A stretch of 64,000 nucleotides of DNA from Klebsormidium nitens (lineage: Eukaryota > Plantae > Klebsormidiophyceae). The DNA is taken from assembly GCA_000708835.1 (NCBI GenBank), contig DF237052.1, positions 141,892 through 205,891 of the forward strand. The letters are read 5' to 3'. Below, piece by piece: positions 12,578 through 24,700 of the stretch. The notes under the pieces are model-generated. The model was not told where the DNA came from. It worked only from the letters and a program-made list of their open reading frames with translations, and did no database searches. The translations under genes were made by a program, and so were the position numbers. The number at the start of each line of letters is the position of its first letter. Position 1 is the first letter of the stretch.

Positions 12578-13378
12578 TTTTTGCGAGGCACGGGAGGTGC
12601 CAACGTACGTTACGTTTTAAAGTACGGTTAGGTATCGTGCGGTATTCACCGATCATTCCTCCAATCATTTACTCCCGGTCAGTGGTCATCACCGGACGGG
12701 AAAGCGCTCAGTGCACGGCGGCCCGGCCGTGCGCAAGCCCAGAAGAGCATGCCAGGCCGGCCGGGTCGTCTGACCTTCCCCGGGGCCGGGTTTCCTGTCG
12801 GACTCCAAAGTTCAAACGGCCCGGGGAAGGTTCTTGTCACTTGCGCCTACAGGTGCATTATGTCGTCATCAATGATCAATCAAGCTTGAAGCAATGCTCC
12901 TCGCAGCACGGTGCGCAGTGCCACTGCGCACGCGGCCACACATCACCGGTGCCACCGGCTGCGGGGCCTTGCACCCGGGTCCCGGGCCCCGGTCACTCGG
13001 CGCAGGCGAATCGGCACCATGCCATGATGCACAACGCACGTTTAGTATTCTCCCGGTTATTGAAGAGCCATCTGACGTGGTACCCGAATCTCCAAAAATC
13101 TCTTGCCTGCATAATGCTCCCCTCGTCTGACCCACACGCACAGGCTCATGCACAATGCAGTCTCCTGAGTCCTGACTTTGACATCTGCATGTTAGTAGAG
13201 CTGCCGTAGTTGGAAGGTTCTTCAAAGTTCAGCATTTTGATTGTTGGACTTTATATGCAGAGAAGCAGCTGGGTTGGGAAAGGAAGACGGCTTCCCTCAG
13301 GTACGGTGGCCTTCTGTCCACGGTTTCTATTTGCCAGTGAGCCTTTCCAAACCGCAGATCTCACTCCTCACAAGCACA

Positions 13379-16300
13379 ATGGCGCCTTTCCCCCCCCGTT
13401 TCCTGCTGCTGCTAGTTGCTGCATTGCTGCCAATGTGCCACCTGGCAGAGGCCGGACGCGGGCTCCTCCAAGCGCCGCTCGTGAAGGACGTCTCGGAGTT
13501 CTGCTCTGTTCAGCGTAAGCACTTGGCTGCAAGCTCTGCTGCTTCCTTTCTTGGTGCCGTCTGCGCCCCTTCTTCTATGTAAAAGCTTGGGGAGTGAGAT
13601 GTGTCAATGAGCTGAGAATCAGCAAGACTTCGTTCGGAAGAGGAACCCCCTTCCGAAGCAACACCGGCGCCAGGAGCAGGCGCTTGTTGACTGGTGATAC
13701 AATGGTGGCTTGCGCATGCCCTGAAGGATCTGCGGACAATGTCACTCAAGTCTCGTTCTAGCTGAGTACAAGGAAAGTCAGTCCAAGAAACAGCTCAGGG
13801 TTGGAGGCCGCAAGAGGGCTGTGTTGAGAGCAGGGCATTGTGCGGTTGTGTGACCGCTCCTCAAGAGCCAATGACAAATCTTGGCAGCCCCCATTTCAAC
13901 TTTGAGGAGATGAAGGAACTTAGCTGGTGCCCGACTTGTTGGGCTGCAGACAGTGTGTCATTTGGGACGAATTGCTCAGCCAAGAGGTTTATGGAGTTGG
14001 AATCGGCATGAGGCTGCTGATCGTTCAAGTAGTAAGTAATGCTTTCATGTGCTCAGAAGTTGAGGGCTTGATGCTGCTATATTAATGCTGCAAATAAGCT
14101 ACATTCTGGCCATTCAGGTAGTGTGGCAAGAAGAGGGGAGACGTGGACAGAAAGAATGTGTCCAAGGTATTTGTGTGCTTCCTGCATGAGAAAGGCAACC
14201 CTTTGTCTTACAGTCAAGGCTGACAAGCAGAAATTCAGCCCAAGTGCTAGACATTCTCGGAAGAGAAGGCGGGTGGGCATGATGCCTCGGGTCTTTTGAT
14301 AGAAGAGACTGATGATCATTTGAGATGACTTGTTTTCATTGGCCAAGTCTAGCTCGTTCGCGGTCTTTCTCTACCAAAAAGAACAATTTCTTGCTTGTCA
14401 AAGGTGGCAGCTTTGCCAAATCCATAATTTCCTTCTAGAGGTGCTGGCTCATAATTTCTCAGTGTTGAGTTATGAGTATTCTAAAATCAGGGTCTTTTGC
14501 ATTCCCAGGAAAGATATCATTATCGTCTTACACACTAGAACAATTTTAGGATGATATTGCCTTCCTTCAGGCTGTCAGATCAAAGATTAGCACCTCTTCT
14601 CAGGCCAAACTTTCAGCACCATCTGGGGAACTTGATCTGAGCTTCATCTGCCCTCGCTTCATCAAGCATCAACTATTGCTTTTAAGCCCCAATCATCCTT
14701 TGTAAATTGAGACACTGCTTCGATCGGTCAGAACGACTAAGTTGCTAAAAATATAAAAAACAAGTGCTTTGCTAGGGAGGTCCGCATCTCTTACAGCTTC
14801 TTCAATCGACCTGTCAGTCTTAGTGTCAACTAATTTAGGCTGATTTCCAGTCTGCAGTAGACTCACTAAGTTACACTACACTTTTACAAACCTAGCAGGT
14901 TGCTCAAAAGAAGGTGCAGCATCTAAGGTTTGCTCGTGCTTGCAGGACGGGCCTTCCGCTTTTTCACCCATCTTTTCCCCGACCAATTGGCCCGTGGAGT
15001 CCAGATAGACTACTGCCAAAACCTTTACCCCAACTTGGGAACAGTCACAGGTAAGTCACCTGTGACTTTGACTGTGACTCTGAACTGTGTAACTCTTCAA
15101 ATATCCTAGGATGTGAACGCTTCTGTAAGTCTGGGATACAAAGGTGCCTGCTTGATTTACTGTAAGGCAAACCAGCCCACTTTGTTCTGATGAACCCCAC
15201 TGTTGCCTTGCAAAGCCAAGACTTACAGCAGGATGACTCAACTCTCTCGTAACATCAGCTCTCTCATTATCTCGAGTCTTGTGAGTTGGTACTCGAGTCT
15301 AGTCATTGAACCCATAGCCAGCACCTAAGCAGTCCGTAACCGACCCTATTAACCGCCAAAACCCATGGGTTTGTGCATGCACCACCACCGAGACCGCGCT
15401 GCCGGCGGCGTCCGGCAGGTCGTCTTGTCATTAACCAGCCCGTAACCGACCATGTTTAACCGCCAAAATCCCTCGATTTGTGCAAGGCACCACCACCGAG
15501 ACCTCGCTGCCCGGCGGCGGCCGCTTTGGCTAGTTGCCACTAACCAGCCCGTAACCGACCAATGGTTAACCGGCAAAACCCCTGGGTTTGTGCAGGCACC
15601 ACCACGGAAACCGCGCTGCCCGGCGGCGGCCGCTTTGTCCAGGTGTCAATCACCGCGACAAACGTGTTCGCGGTCGCTTTCCTTAACGACGCCAATAACA
15701 ACCGGACGTTGCCGCTGCTGGGTGCTGACGTCAGCGTCGGGGACCAGGATCTTGATCAACTGACCCCAGTAAGAGCTTGACTCTGAGTTCCGTTCGTTGC
15801 AGATATTGTTGAGATTGCTTCATTCATGAGTCGAGGACGTAAATCATGTGAGACTACCGATCGGAGAACACCAGTCGGCCGTTTCGTAATAATTGAGGTT
15901 TAGATGCCTTTCCAGTCGATCAGGACACCTGCATGGCCGTCGAACGGATTCTGATACTGATTCACGCTGAATCTAGTGAGGTGGCAAACTGGTAGGACCA
16001 AACGGACTGCCTGATCATCCTTAATCTTGGCTTTCTTTGATGCGCAGAGAACCTAGAGATTGAATCATAAGCTTGGTCTCGAAAGCGAAAAGAAAGGACT
16101 CTTCCACTGTTGCTAAGTTTTTGCAGTACGAAAGCATGGTGAGAAAGAAGATTGCTTCGGAACGAAGGTCACTTTCTTGAGACAGCCGGACCCAAGAATC
16201 GTTCAAGAACTTCCTCGTAACCACTTTGATTTCATCGACAAAATTCGGCCTGAAAATTCGGCCTGTCTCAGTCCTCTCACCTTGTAGTGTTTTCTCGCCT

Positions 16301-19300
16301 GTTAACAAGACGACGGCAGCAGCTCTTGAACGTCAGACAACCAAACCCTCGTTCGACTCTGTCTGCAGGAGCAATTCAACCTGGTGACTGCACGTGGCAG
16401 CGCCACGTACAACCCGAGTTTCATTCAGCTTGACGTGCCAGTTGGTGAGCGCCTAGCATTCACTCCCCGTCTCGTCGACCAACGGTCTAAGTTTTATCAA
16501 ACTCCACGAAAGTGACCTTAAGCTCCGATGATAAGAAGGTACACGCACTGGGACGGGGACGGGTTTGGTTTGCGGACTAGATTTTGAAGATCAACTTTGT
16601 TTTGGCTGCATCGCCCTTGCGGGCCATCAACATAGATCAAGAAGCGATTCCGCGAAGTAGTCATGGCAAAGTAAAGCCAGACTCTCACATACATTCTGCG
16701 GCTCTCAGATCCTTCCGTCTTGTTGCCATAGCTGTTTACGACGCTAATATAAATCCAAACGTGGTGGCCGGCCGCCTTTTTTGCTGGATCGCTCGATTGT
16801 TCGAGGAGACTACGCTTTCGTCGTGCCGAGCGCAGGCTCAAGTCAGGCCTTCCCGTCAAGGATCCGCTCGGCTTTTGAACGTAAGGTCTGTTGATTGTTG
16901 ACGTCAGCAGGAAGCAGAACGTACCTCTGCTTAATGCTGACGAAAGATACGTCAAACTGCAGGCTCGCCGTTTCCGNNNNNNNNNNNNNNNNNNNNNNNN
17001 NNNNNNNNNNNNNNNNNNNNNNNNNNNNNNNNNNNNNNNNNNNNNNNNNNNNNNNNNNNNNNNNNNNNNNNNNNNNNNNNNNNNNNNNNNNNNNNNNNNN
17101 NNNNNNNNNNNNNNNNNNNNNNNNNNNNNNNNNNNNNNNNNNNNNNNNNNNNNNNNNNNNNNNNNNNNNNNNNNNNNNNNNNNNNNNNNNNNNNNNNNNN
17201 NNNNNNNNNNNNNNNNNNNNNNNNNNNNNNNNNNNNNNNNNNNNNNNNNNNNNNNNNNNNNNNNNNNNNNNNNNNNNNNNNNNNNNNNNNNNNNNNNNNN
17301 NNNNNNNNGTTTCCGTCCCTGCTGAACTTGGACGCCAACGGATGCTCAACGGCTACGTGCAAATGTATTTTTCGGTTGCTGACGTCAGCATCGAGCAGAC
17401 CGCCTGATTCCTGACGGAAGATACTCTATCCGTGTTGCAGGCTCGCCGTTCCCATCCCTGCTGGACCTGGACGCCAACATCGACGACCTTTCAGATGGTC
17501 CGTAACTTTTTGACGTCAGCATCAACCAGATGGTCAAATGCTGACGAAGACTACGTCATCATGTGATGCAGGCTCGCCGTTCCCGTCCCTGCTGGACTTA
17601 GACGCCAACATCGACGAATGCTCGCCGACACGAATCATTCTCCGAGTGCTGACGTCAGCATCAAGCAGAACGCTGACGAAAAATACGTCATTCTCACTGC
17701 AGGCTCGCCGTTCCCGTCCCTGCTGGACTTGGACGCCAACATCGACGACCTTCGCGGCGTGGTCACCGGTCCAATCCGCCAAAACAGTTACCAGAACGTC
17801 GCCGTTGGTGAGCTCGCCTTCCGCATGTTGTAGGGCGTTAGGGCTTTGCCTTTTCTTGCGGGGAACGCACTTCCGTTTCAGGAAATGAAGTAATGTGAGG
17901 GGGAGGTGTTGGATCGACCAATCCGGAAGGAGATAGAGGGGGTGGCTTTCCATCCTCTTGAGAATGGCGCGTAGCAAAATCGGACTAGAACACGGGGAGG
18001 AACAAATTTCGGAAGTCCAACCGCAATGCTGATTGAGTCGCTTGCAGCCACCCACGTGACTGACATCAACGCAAACCCGGCTTCTGTCCCGTTTCTGTAA
18101 TTCTAGAGAACCTATCAGATGCTGCCGCCTTTCAGTTCTCCAAAACCTGACAGATGCTGACACGTGTCGCTTCCTGGTTGCTTGCAGGCACTCCCGGAGA
18201 GATCACCGTCGCCCAAGTCAGCGTGGCCCCGACCGTCGAAGGCGAACTGCCACCCTTCATCACCGAGAATGTGGATCTTGCTGTGCTTTCGCCCAACCCA
18301 GCCCTACAAGAGCAGGTGAGGAGTCTCGTACTCTGGTGTTAATTTCATCTAACTTAAGAAGCAATTCACGTAGACAGGCGCCCGGTGGACGGGTAGGGTT
18401 AGTCGGGTGGTTGGGGTGGGTGCGGGTGCGGGGCGCGTGAAAGTGAAGGTTAGGTTTTACGTTCACGTACCCGGGTTATAACCTGAATGGATTTTCTGTA
18501 AGATGGGCGGTGAACGAGATCAACGTGCTTGTACGCGTACTCTTGACCTAACCACACCCATACGCTGGCAGTAACCTCAACTCCACAGACGTTTGAATCA
18601 ACCTGCCGTTAACTCCGTGTAAAATGAGGGGATCCAAAGTAGCATCCTACAATCAACCCAAAATACACGCACTTAAACATAAGCTCGATCATGCGGCGCG
18701 GGTGCAGGCAAGCCTTGGCTAGATCACGACGGTCCCTATAGAGGCGCTACTTCATCAATTACAAAACTTCAAACGCAAACCGAAGTTACCATCTTTCGCA
18801 CTTGCGACGATATTGATCCGCCCACTCAACCCCGCTGGCCAGTAACCAGACTCAACATGGGGTTACACCAACAGACGGTTAACTGAAAAGTAGGATCGAC
18901 ACTGCTGCGGCGCTGGTGCAGGCAAATTCTGCGCAGATCACAATGGTCCCTGTAGAGGCGCTCTTTAATCAAACTAAACGTGAACCGTAACCCGAAGTTG
19001 ACAATTTTCGCAAATGTGACGACCCTGATTCGCCAATTCAACCCAACCCGTCCTCTGGCCAAACCCAAAATGCTGTTAACTCAACATACCGTCACCTGAA
19101 CATAAGATCAATACTGCTGCGCAGGTGCAGGCAATTCTCGCCCAGATTACAATCGTCCCTGGATACGCGCTCATCAGCCAAACAATAAACCCCTTCCGTC
19201 AACCAAAGTTAACATGCTCGGCAGCCGTAGCCACCCTGATTCCCCCCATACCTATCTCAACATAAAATCGATACTTCTGCGCAGGTGCAAGCGCTTCTCG

Positions 19301-20676
19301 CCCAGATCACAACCGTCCCTGTAGAGGCGCAGTTCAGCCTTGTCGATCTTGAACCTTTCCCGACCAGTCCCCCCGGGGAAACCTGCGACCCGTCCTCCAA
19401 TCTCCCCAACCAGGTGGGCACTCTTGACAATGCCTTTTTTTTCTCCGGCGGGTTGCACTCCGTTGATCCGGTTGATTTTGACCAGAGCTCGATCTGGAAC
19501 GGGCGCCAACGAGCACCCCCGGGGGAACCTGCGACCCGTCCTCCATTCCCAACCAGGTCTGAAAGAGCGCGCTCCGTTCTGGCAATGCCGTTTTGAAGAT
19601 GGCGGATGTAGTTTCATTCAGTGCTGTTTCGAACTTGGCGGAATTGGTTTCGTTGTGCCGGTCGTTTTGACCGGAGTTCCGGTTCATCACCGACACTGGC
19701 GAAAGCGAAATTCGATTTCTTCTGGTGGGTAATCTTCGATGTAAGCGCTGGGTTTCCAGTCGCCTCTCGTTATTGCGTTCGCTTTTATCCTTTTCTCTCA
19801 GTGCTGAGAGATCTCACTTCGTTTTCAAGAGACGGTGGCGGCATCTTCTTAAGACGTCGTGCGTTGATCTGACTGGGCTGTCAAGAGCAGCTTGAGTTAG
19901 CCTTCCAGGGTCTTTGTACGGTCTCTTTGTTGTACTTGCCAGCACCATACGCTATCCTACTCGAGCCCTTAACGACGACGATTGACATGATCCTTCGCTC
20001 CCTTCTCGTTCTCTTCCTTTTCGAGCTCACACTTTCTTCCTTGTCGTCAGTGCTATGACAAAGTACGTTTAGGTCTCCTTCACAAAAGATTCAATAAGCC
20101 GACATCCTATCCCCCTTGTCTTTTTCTCCCTTCTCGAGCTAAGACTTTCTCTCCTGCCACCAAGGCAATGTAACACGGTGTTGAACACCTTCACAAATGA
20201 CCTATATCGAAGCGGACAAGATTCTCCTTTTGTTTCTCTTCCTTCCGGGCTAATACGTTCTTTCTTACCATCATTGCTAAAAGGGGACACCGTTTTTCAA
20301 TTGCCTCACAAACGACCTAAACCGAACATACTTCCTACCCTTTCCTTCCTTCTCGAGCTAACGCTCTCCCTTGTGCCACCAATGCTAAGACGGGAGTCCG
20401 TTTTCGAATCCCTTCGCAAACGATTGGGCCTGATTCAAGACACGATGTCCCTTCCTTTTTGAGCTAAGACTTTTCCTCTTGCCGTGTATCAATGCTATGA
20501 CGGAACACGGTTTCAGATTTTTTTCACCACGATCATTTTTCTTTTCCCCTTCTTTTCCGAGCTGATAGCATTGCTCTCTTGCTGTGCATCAGTGCTACGA
20601 CGCAAGCGGAACCGTCTTCGTTTGCTGCACCGGTGCGTGCGGCCCCAACCTTGCTGGCGACCCGCAGTGCGCGTAA
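13379..20676 (+). CDS. Secreted protein of unknown function, signal peptide plus C-terminal 6-Cys module, 8 exons, about 311 aa
   Basis: Exons 13379-13514, 14946-15050, 15596-15768, 16369-16444, 17703-17807, 18188-18315, 19285-19413, 20593-20676 join in frame (936 nt). The N-terminus MAPFPPRFLLLLVAALLPMCHLAEAG is signal-peptide-like. It ends TCDPSSNLPNQCYDASGTVFVCCTGACGPNLAGDPQCA*. The N-gap in intron 4 could hide a phase-1 exon. Confidence 0.75.
15335..15595 (+). repeat. Two upstream copies of the exon-3 acceptor junction (secreted-protein gene), about 108-bp period
   Basis: CCGTAACCGACC...TTAACCG(C/G)CAAAA...TTTGTGCA(T/AG/G)GCACCACCAC repeated, with junctions at 15378, 15486 and 15595 (true). 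Confidence 0.9.
16895..17745 (+). repeat. 131-bp tandem array of the exon-5 acceptor junction, running into an assembly gap
   Basis: TGCAG|GCTCGCCGTTCCC(A/G)TCCCTGCTGGAC.T.GACGCCAACATCGACGA with AGs ending at 17440, 17571 and 17702 (true). A further copy at 16962 lies just before the gap. Confidence 0.9.
16977..17308. other. Assembly gap (N run)
   Basis: N run flanked on both sides by copies of the 131-bp junction repeat. Confidence 0.99.
18381..18476 (+). repeat. Diverged MITE core, TIRs not recognisable, in intron 6 of the secreted-protein gene
   Basis: CCGGTGGACGGGTAGGGTTAGTCGGGTGGTTGGGGTGGGTGCGGGTGCGGGGCGCGTG matches the core of the 50887 element. Confidence 0.65.
18640..19330 (+). repeat. 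Three upstream copies of the exon-7 acceptor junction (secreted-protein gene)
   Basis: GTGCAGGCAA...CAGAT(C/T)AC.A..GTCCCT..AGAGGCGCT after junctions at 18701 (GG), 18915 (TG), 19124 (AG) and the true one at 19284. Confidence 0.88.
20010..20600 (+). repeat. About five upstream copies of the terminal-exon acceptor junction, about 110-bp period
   Basis: CTTCTCGAGCTAAGACTTT...CA(G/A/T)TGCTA(T/A/C)GAC units with junctions near 20050, 20162, 20272, 20382, 20492 and the true one at 20592. Confidence 0.8.
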
Positions 20677-21755
20677 CCGCTGAAGGTTACGGTTGAGATT
20701 AAGATTCTAGCGGTCTCTGCCTGGTCGCGCCAATGGTTGCCGAGTTTCTCAAAGGGTCTTCTGTTAGTGAATGGCATGAGGTTATCATGCAACAGAGCAT
20801 CAAGACAATAAATGGAGGCCCTTGGATCCCCGCGTGAGCCTTGACAGGTGGCACGTACCGTTGCATTTGATGCAACTGACACATTGAGACGTGAAAGTGG
20901 TCTTAGGTGATTTTCGACGTTTCAATAGCGCCGGAGTAAAATTTGCCAATTAAGGTCTGCCAGTGGATAACGTAGGCAATTGGTTTATATATAGAGTGCC
21001 CGGCGCGAACTGTAGCTCGGCAGACTGCGCAAACTGCCGAGGTGGCAACACCTGATTCCGTGAAGAGTGTTTTACTAGTGCCAAGACCGGATTGGAACAG
21101 CCAAAAGCCATTCTCCGTCAAGCTAGTACAATCCTTCGATCCATCCTCGACCGTCACGGGGTAAATTGTGACGGCCATGCACAGCTTGATCATTCGTTCT
21201 GAATCCAGATTACCTTTGAAAAGTTGGAGAATGGAGAGCTGCATGAGAGTGTCGTGCAGTTGGAGGATATATTGTTCCGACCATGTATACTGATGTTATA
21301 TAGTTTCGCATGATACGTCACTGCATGTCACAGTACAAACCTGAGAACTCCACTGTCATTCACAGTGCATGCTGCACATGACTGATTGAACGCTGAACGT
21401 TCGAACATTATTGCATTCATGCTTGCTTGCATGAAACATGGGCAGTCGATCAAAAGATTTTGCGCTGCAGCCGTCCATTTCGAGTCACTGACTTCCCTAC
21501 CACCGTGACGGGATCCATGGCGCTAAAACTGCGGCAAACCGCGCCACTCCGAGTTGCAGTTCCTTTTATTACTAATTTATATTAAACATACGCTTGCAAG
21601 AAGTCAATCATTACTTTACCTCGGGCCGGGCGGCCCGTTTTGACAATTCAGAACGTTCAACACTGGCCGGTTTGCGGGCTGATCTCTTCTGGCCAAGCAT
21701 CAAAAGCTTGTCCCTTTCTTTAGATCTGGATTGATGAAGCAGTACGACTGCGACG

Positions 21756-24700
21756 TTACTTGGCTTTCTTGTCATTTGGCAGAACCGGATAAACTGCCCT
21801 CTTAAAATCCGTCGTAAAGCGCTCCCCCGAAAACTCTTTCGCCTTTTCACGCGCCGCCTGGGCCACGCTTTTCCGCTTAGCTTCGGGCCATTTGAGCACG
21901 GTGTGGATAGCCTCTGCGAACTCATCGACCGTTTCCGCCAGCAGGCCCACTTGCGGAACTGGCACGACGATGTCCGCCTGAGGTCCGCCGGATCTGTGGG
22001 CTGCAGGCGGGATGAACGGAACGGAATCAACGATGGTGGAGTCTGTACACTGTCACTTGAGAGCAGTACACGAAGATCTGCGGCTTAAGAGGGAGGCGAA
22101 ATCTGAAGTGCGGTACAAACTTGCTACACCTTTTTCCGTACGTCGCATATTTACTACAGTCAGGTCGACGAAAATGTGTCTAATTTTCGTAAATGACAGC
22201 TCGATTCTTACGTCATGCGGAGAAAACACAAGTTCTAGCTGAAAGAAGATGCTGCGAGAAGCGAAAGGAAGGCCAAAGAGGCAGTGAGGCCATTCCGCAG
22301 AGATCCCTCACGCAGAGCGACTTCGAGCCGTTCGATCATGAGTAAAGCAGTGCTTCTTTTTCGGATCATCTCCTAACGAGGAGATGGAAGTATCACCGGA
22401 GCCTGCATAGTGTTTCCTGATGCCACACATCGGAGATATGCAACCCTCTAATGGCACGATCCCAGCGAGTGCATTGCAAAACTCTTGACACATTCCGATG
22501 CCCAAAATCTGAAAACATGGAGACGCTGAGAAGCCCCGTAAGTCTCAATGCAGATTGCCCGTGCAGCCGCGTATTCGACCACCACAGTTCCGACGTCCTT
22601 TGAGAGAATTGCTGAGAACCTTAAAAGAGCGAACTCCGTAAATGCGGAGATACTTCAGGCAACGAAGCCCTCGACTCCACATCTCAACGAGAGGGACCGC
22701 CCCCGTAGTGATGTATCAAATCACCACAATTCCAGAGAAAGCTTTGTGATATGCGCACAACTAACATTCTGCAAAACCAGGAACACCTGAGCGAAAAAGC
22801 CCTGGAATCCGAGATTTAGATTCCAAAAGACTGAAGTCTAAAACCTCAAAATGCTAGAAACTCACCAATCGGCACCGCCCCTGCGGCCATATACTCAACC
22901 ACCACGATCCCGAAGTGTTCGTCGAGCATCGTATGCAGCCCGGCGGACGCCCCCCCGAGCAATTTCTGCAGCTCCGAGTAGGGCGAGTTGACGTGGAAAT
23001 CCACCCGGTTGGCAATGCCGAGCTCCCGGGCCAGCGCGCGCAGGTCATCTATCCTCTGCAGAAAGAAGGTCAGAGGCTCTTAACCAGGCAGTGTATAGAT
23101 CAGTCGCCTATTATTGGAATCCTTATAATTCCACACTTTTAAAGCTGTGAATTGGACTGCCGTGGTTACAGAACCAGGTTTGGAACGTGCCGAGATGCCG
23201 GGCCGGCGCGCGAAGGTCGTCTATCCTCTGCAGACACGGATTGGGGAGTTCGGCTGGGGCTGTATGTAGATCAGCCAACTGCGACTTGCTCCTCCTTACT
23301 CGAGATTTAAGGACCATTCTGAAATCTCTTGCTCTGTAATTAGGGATGTCGAGCTCCCGAGCAAGCGCCCGGAGGTCGTCAATCCTCTGGAAAAGTCATT
23401 CTAGGGGTTCAACCTGATGCTGTGTGCAGATTGCTCACCTACGCATTTTCTTGATCTTGATTACATACTTCAAAAAGCTTCCAAACGCTACCTCGTGTCG
23501 ACTACTCTTTCTAACACCAGCTTTGGAGAGTTTTGCGCATCCAGCTAAAAATCATTGCATCTCGTCCTTTCTTGAACGTCTGCTCTCGGGTAGAAGCTCT
23601 CCGCCATCGAAAAGGCTCTGAATAGCGCCCGGACATGATTCACTTTAGCTTCCATACGAAAGCCGTCGCTCAATCCCGTTCCAGCCTGTTCACAGAAGTT
23701 CAAATTTATGGCCCACTTGCAATGCAGCAGAAGCTGATTGATCCTATCGGGAGCTCCACAGGCAATTGAAAACTCAATCTGTAACGTATCTTTAAGAAAG
23801 TCTAGGTTCAAAGTACCACGAAAACCTGTTGGCACCGTTGGAAAGCCACACTAGTCAGCAACTTTGAGGATAGGTGCTGGCGCAACAGGCGAGTAGATAG
23901 CACGTCACAGAAGGAAATCTGACCTTCTCGTCTTCTTTGTGCCGACTGCTCCCCACTAGTTTCAAGCGCCAGTCCACGGAAAAGTCGTTCCCTCTAGCCC
24001 CCGCCTCTCTGCCGGACGCCTTATTGAGGGCTGCGGCAAACGCTTTCAACTGAAGACGGTGGTCCTGCGAGGAGAGAAGAGATGCAACGTCAACAGTGTG
24101 TCGGCTGTATCTTGACTGAACTCTTTTCCACATTAGGTTTTCCTTCATTTGCGTGCTTTGCAGATACTAAAGCTGCTGAAGATTATTTGATGTTCGTACC
24201 CGGTGACGATCAGGAATTGTGCCCATTGCAGAAAGTCACTTCTATAATGAAGATGGGCCGCCCAATCAATTCCTAGTGAGCAGCCTGGCATTCCACTTTC
24301 CGTGAATCTGCTCTACTTGGCAGCAATCGGGGCCTGGTTTTCATTGGACAACCGCTATGTCCAACCTGCTACTCACTTCAGAACCTTGCAGAGAAGAAAC
24401 CGCGGATTCCACGCCTAATAGCAACAACTAATGTTACTTGGAAACGGGAGCGACGGAACAGCTTCATCGAAAAGAGCAGCCCACCTTTTCCGGCCTAAAC
24501 TGGGCGACCGACAGCAGGTACCGTCCCTTCTCGGGTCGCTCCAACGGCAACGCCTGGAGGTGGAACGGAAGCCGTCAACATAACGGCACGCAGAGGCATG
24601 ACACACTTACCCTAGTCCGGAGTAATCAATTCTGTTCTGAAGTTCTAGAATTCAAAGTATCCAAATCAGAAGTTGAAGTAAAGCTCAATGCTCTGGAGCG

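Noticed and set aside
16843-17407. ORFs consisting mostly of X (also 51359-52037 and 52910-53923)
   Set aside because: Artefacts of translating through N gaps.
19414-19596. Read-through extension of secreted-gene exon 7 (ORF 19285-19596)
   Set aside because: CAG|GTGGGC at 19414 is a donor, and 19515-19560 is an echo of the exon end, so the extension is intronic.
19622-19732. Alternative last exon (CCFELGGIGFVVPVV...) for the secreted protein
   Set aside because: The acceptor is weak. Exon 20593-20676 has a better acceptor, completes a six-Cys pattern and is preceded by its own echo array. It cannot be fully excluded without cDNA.
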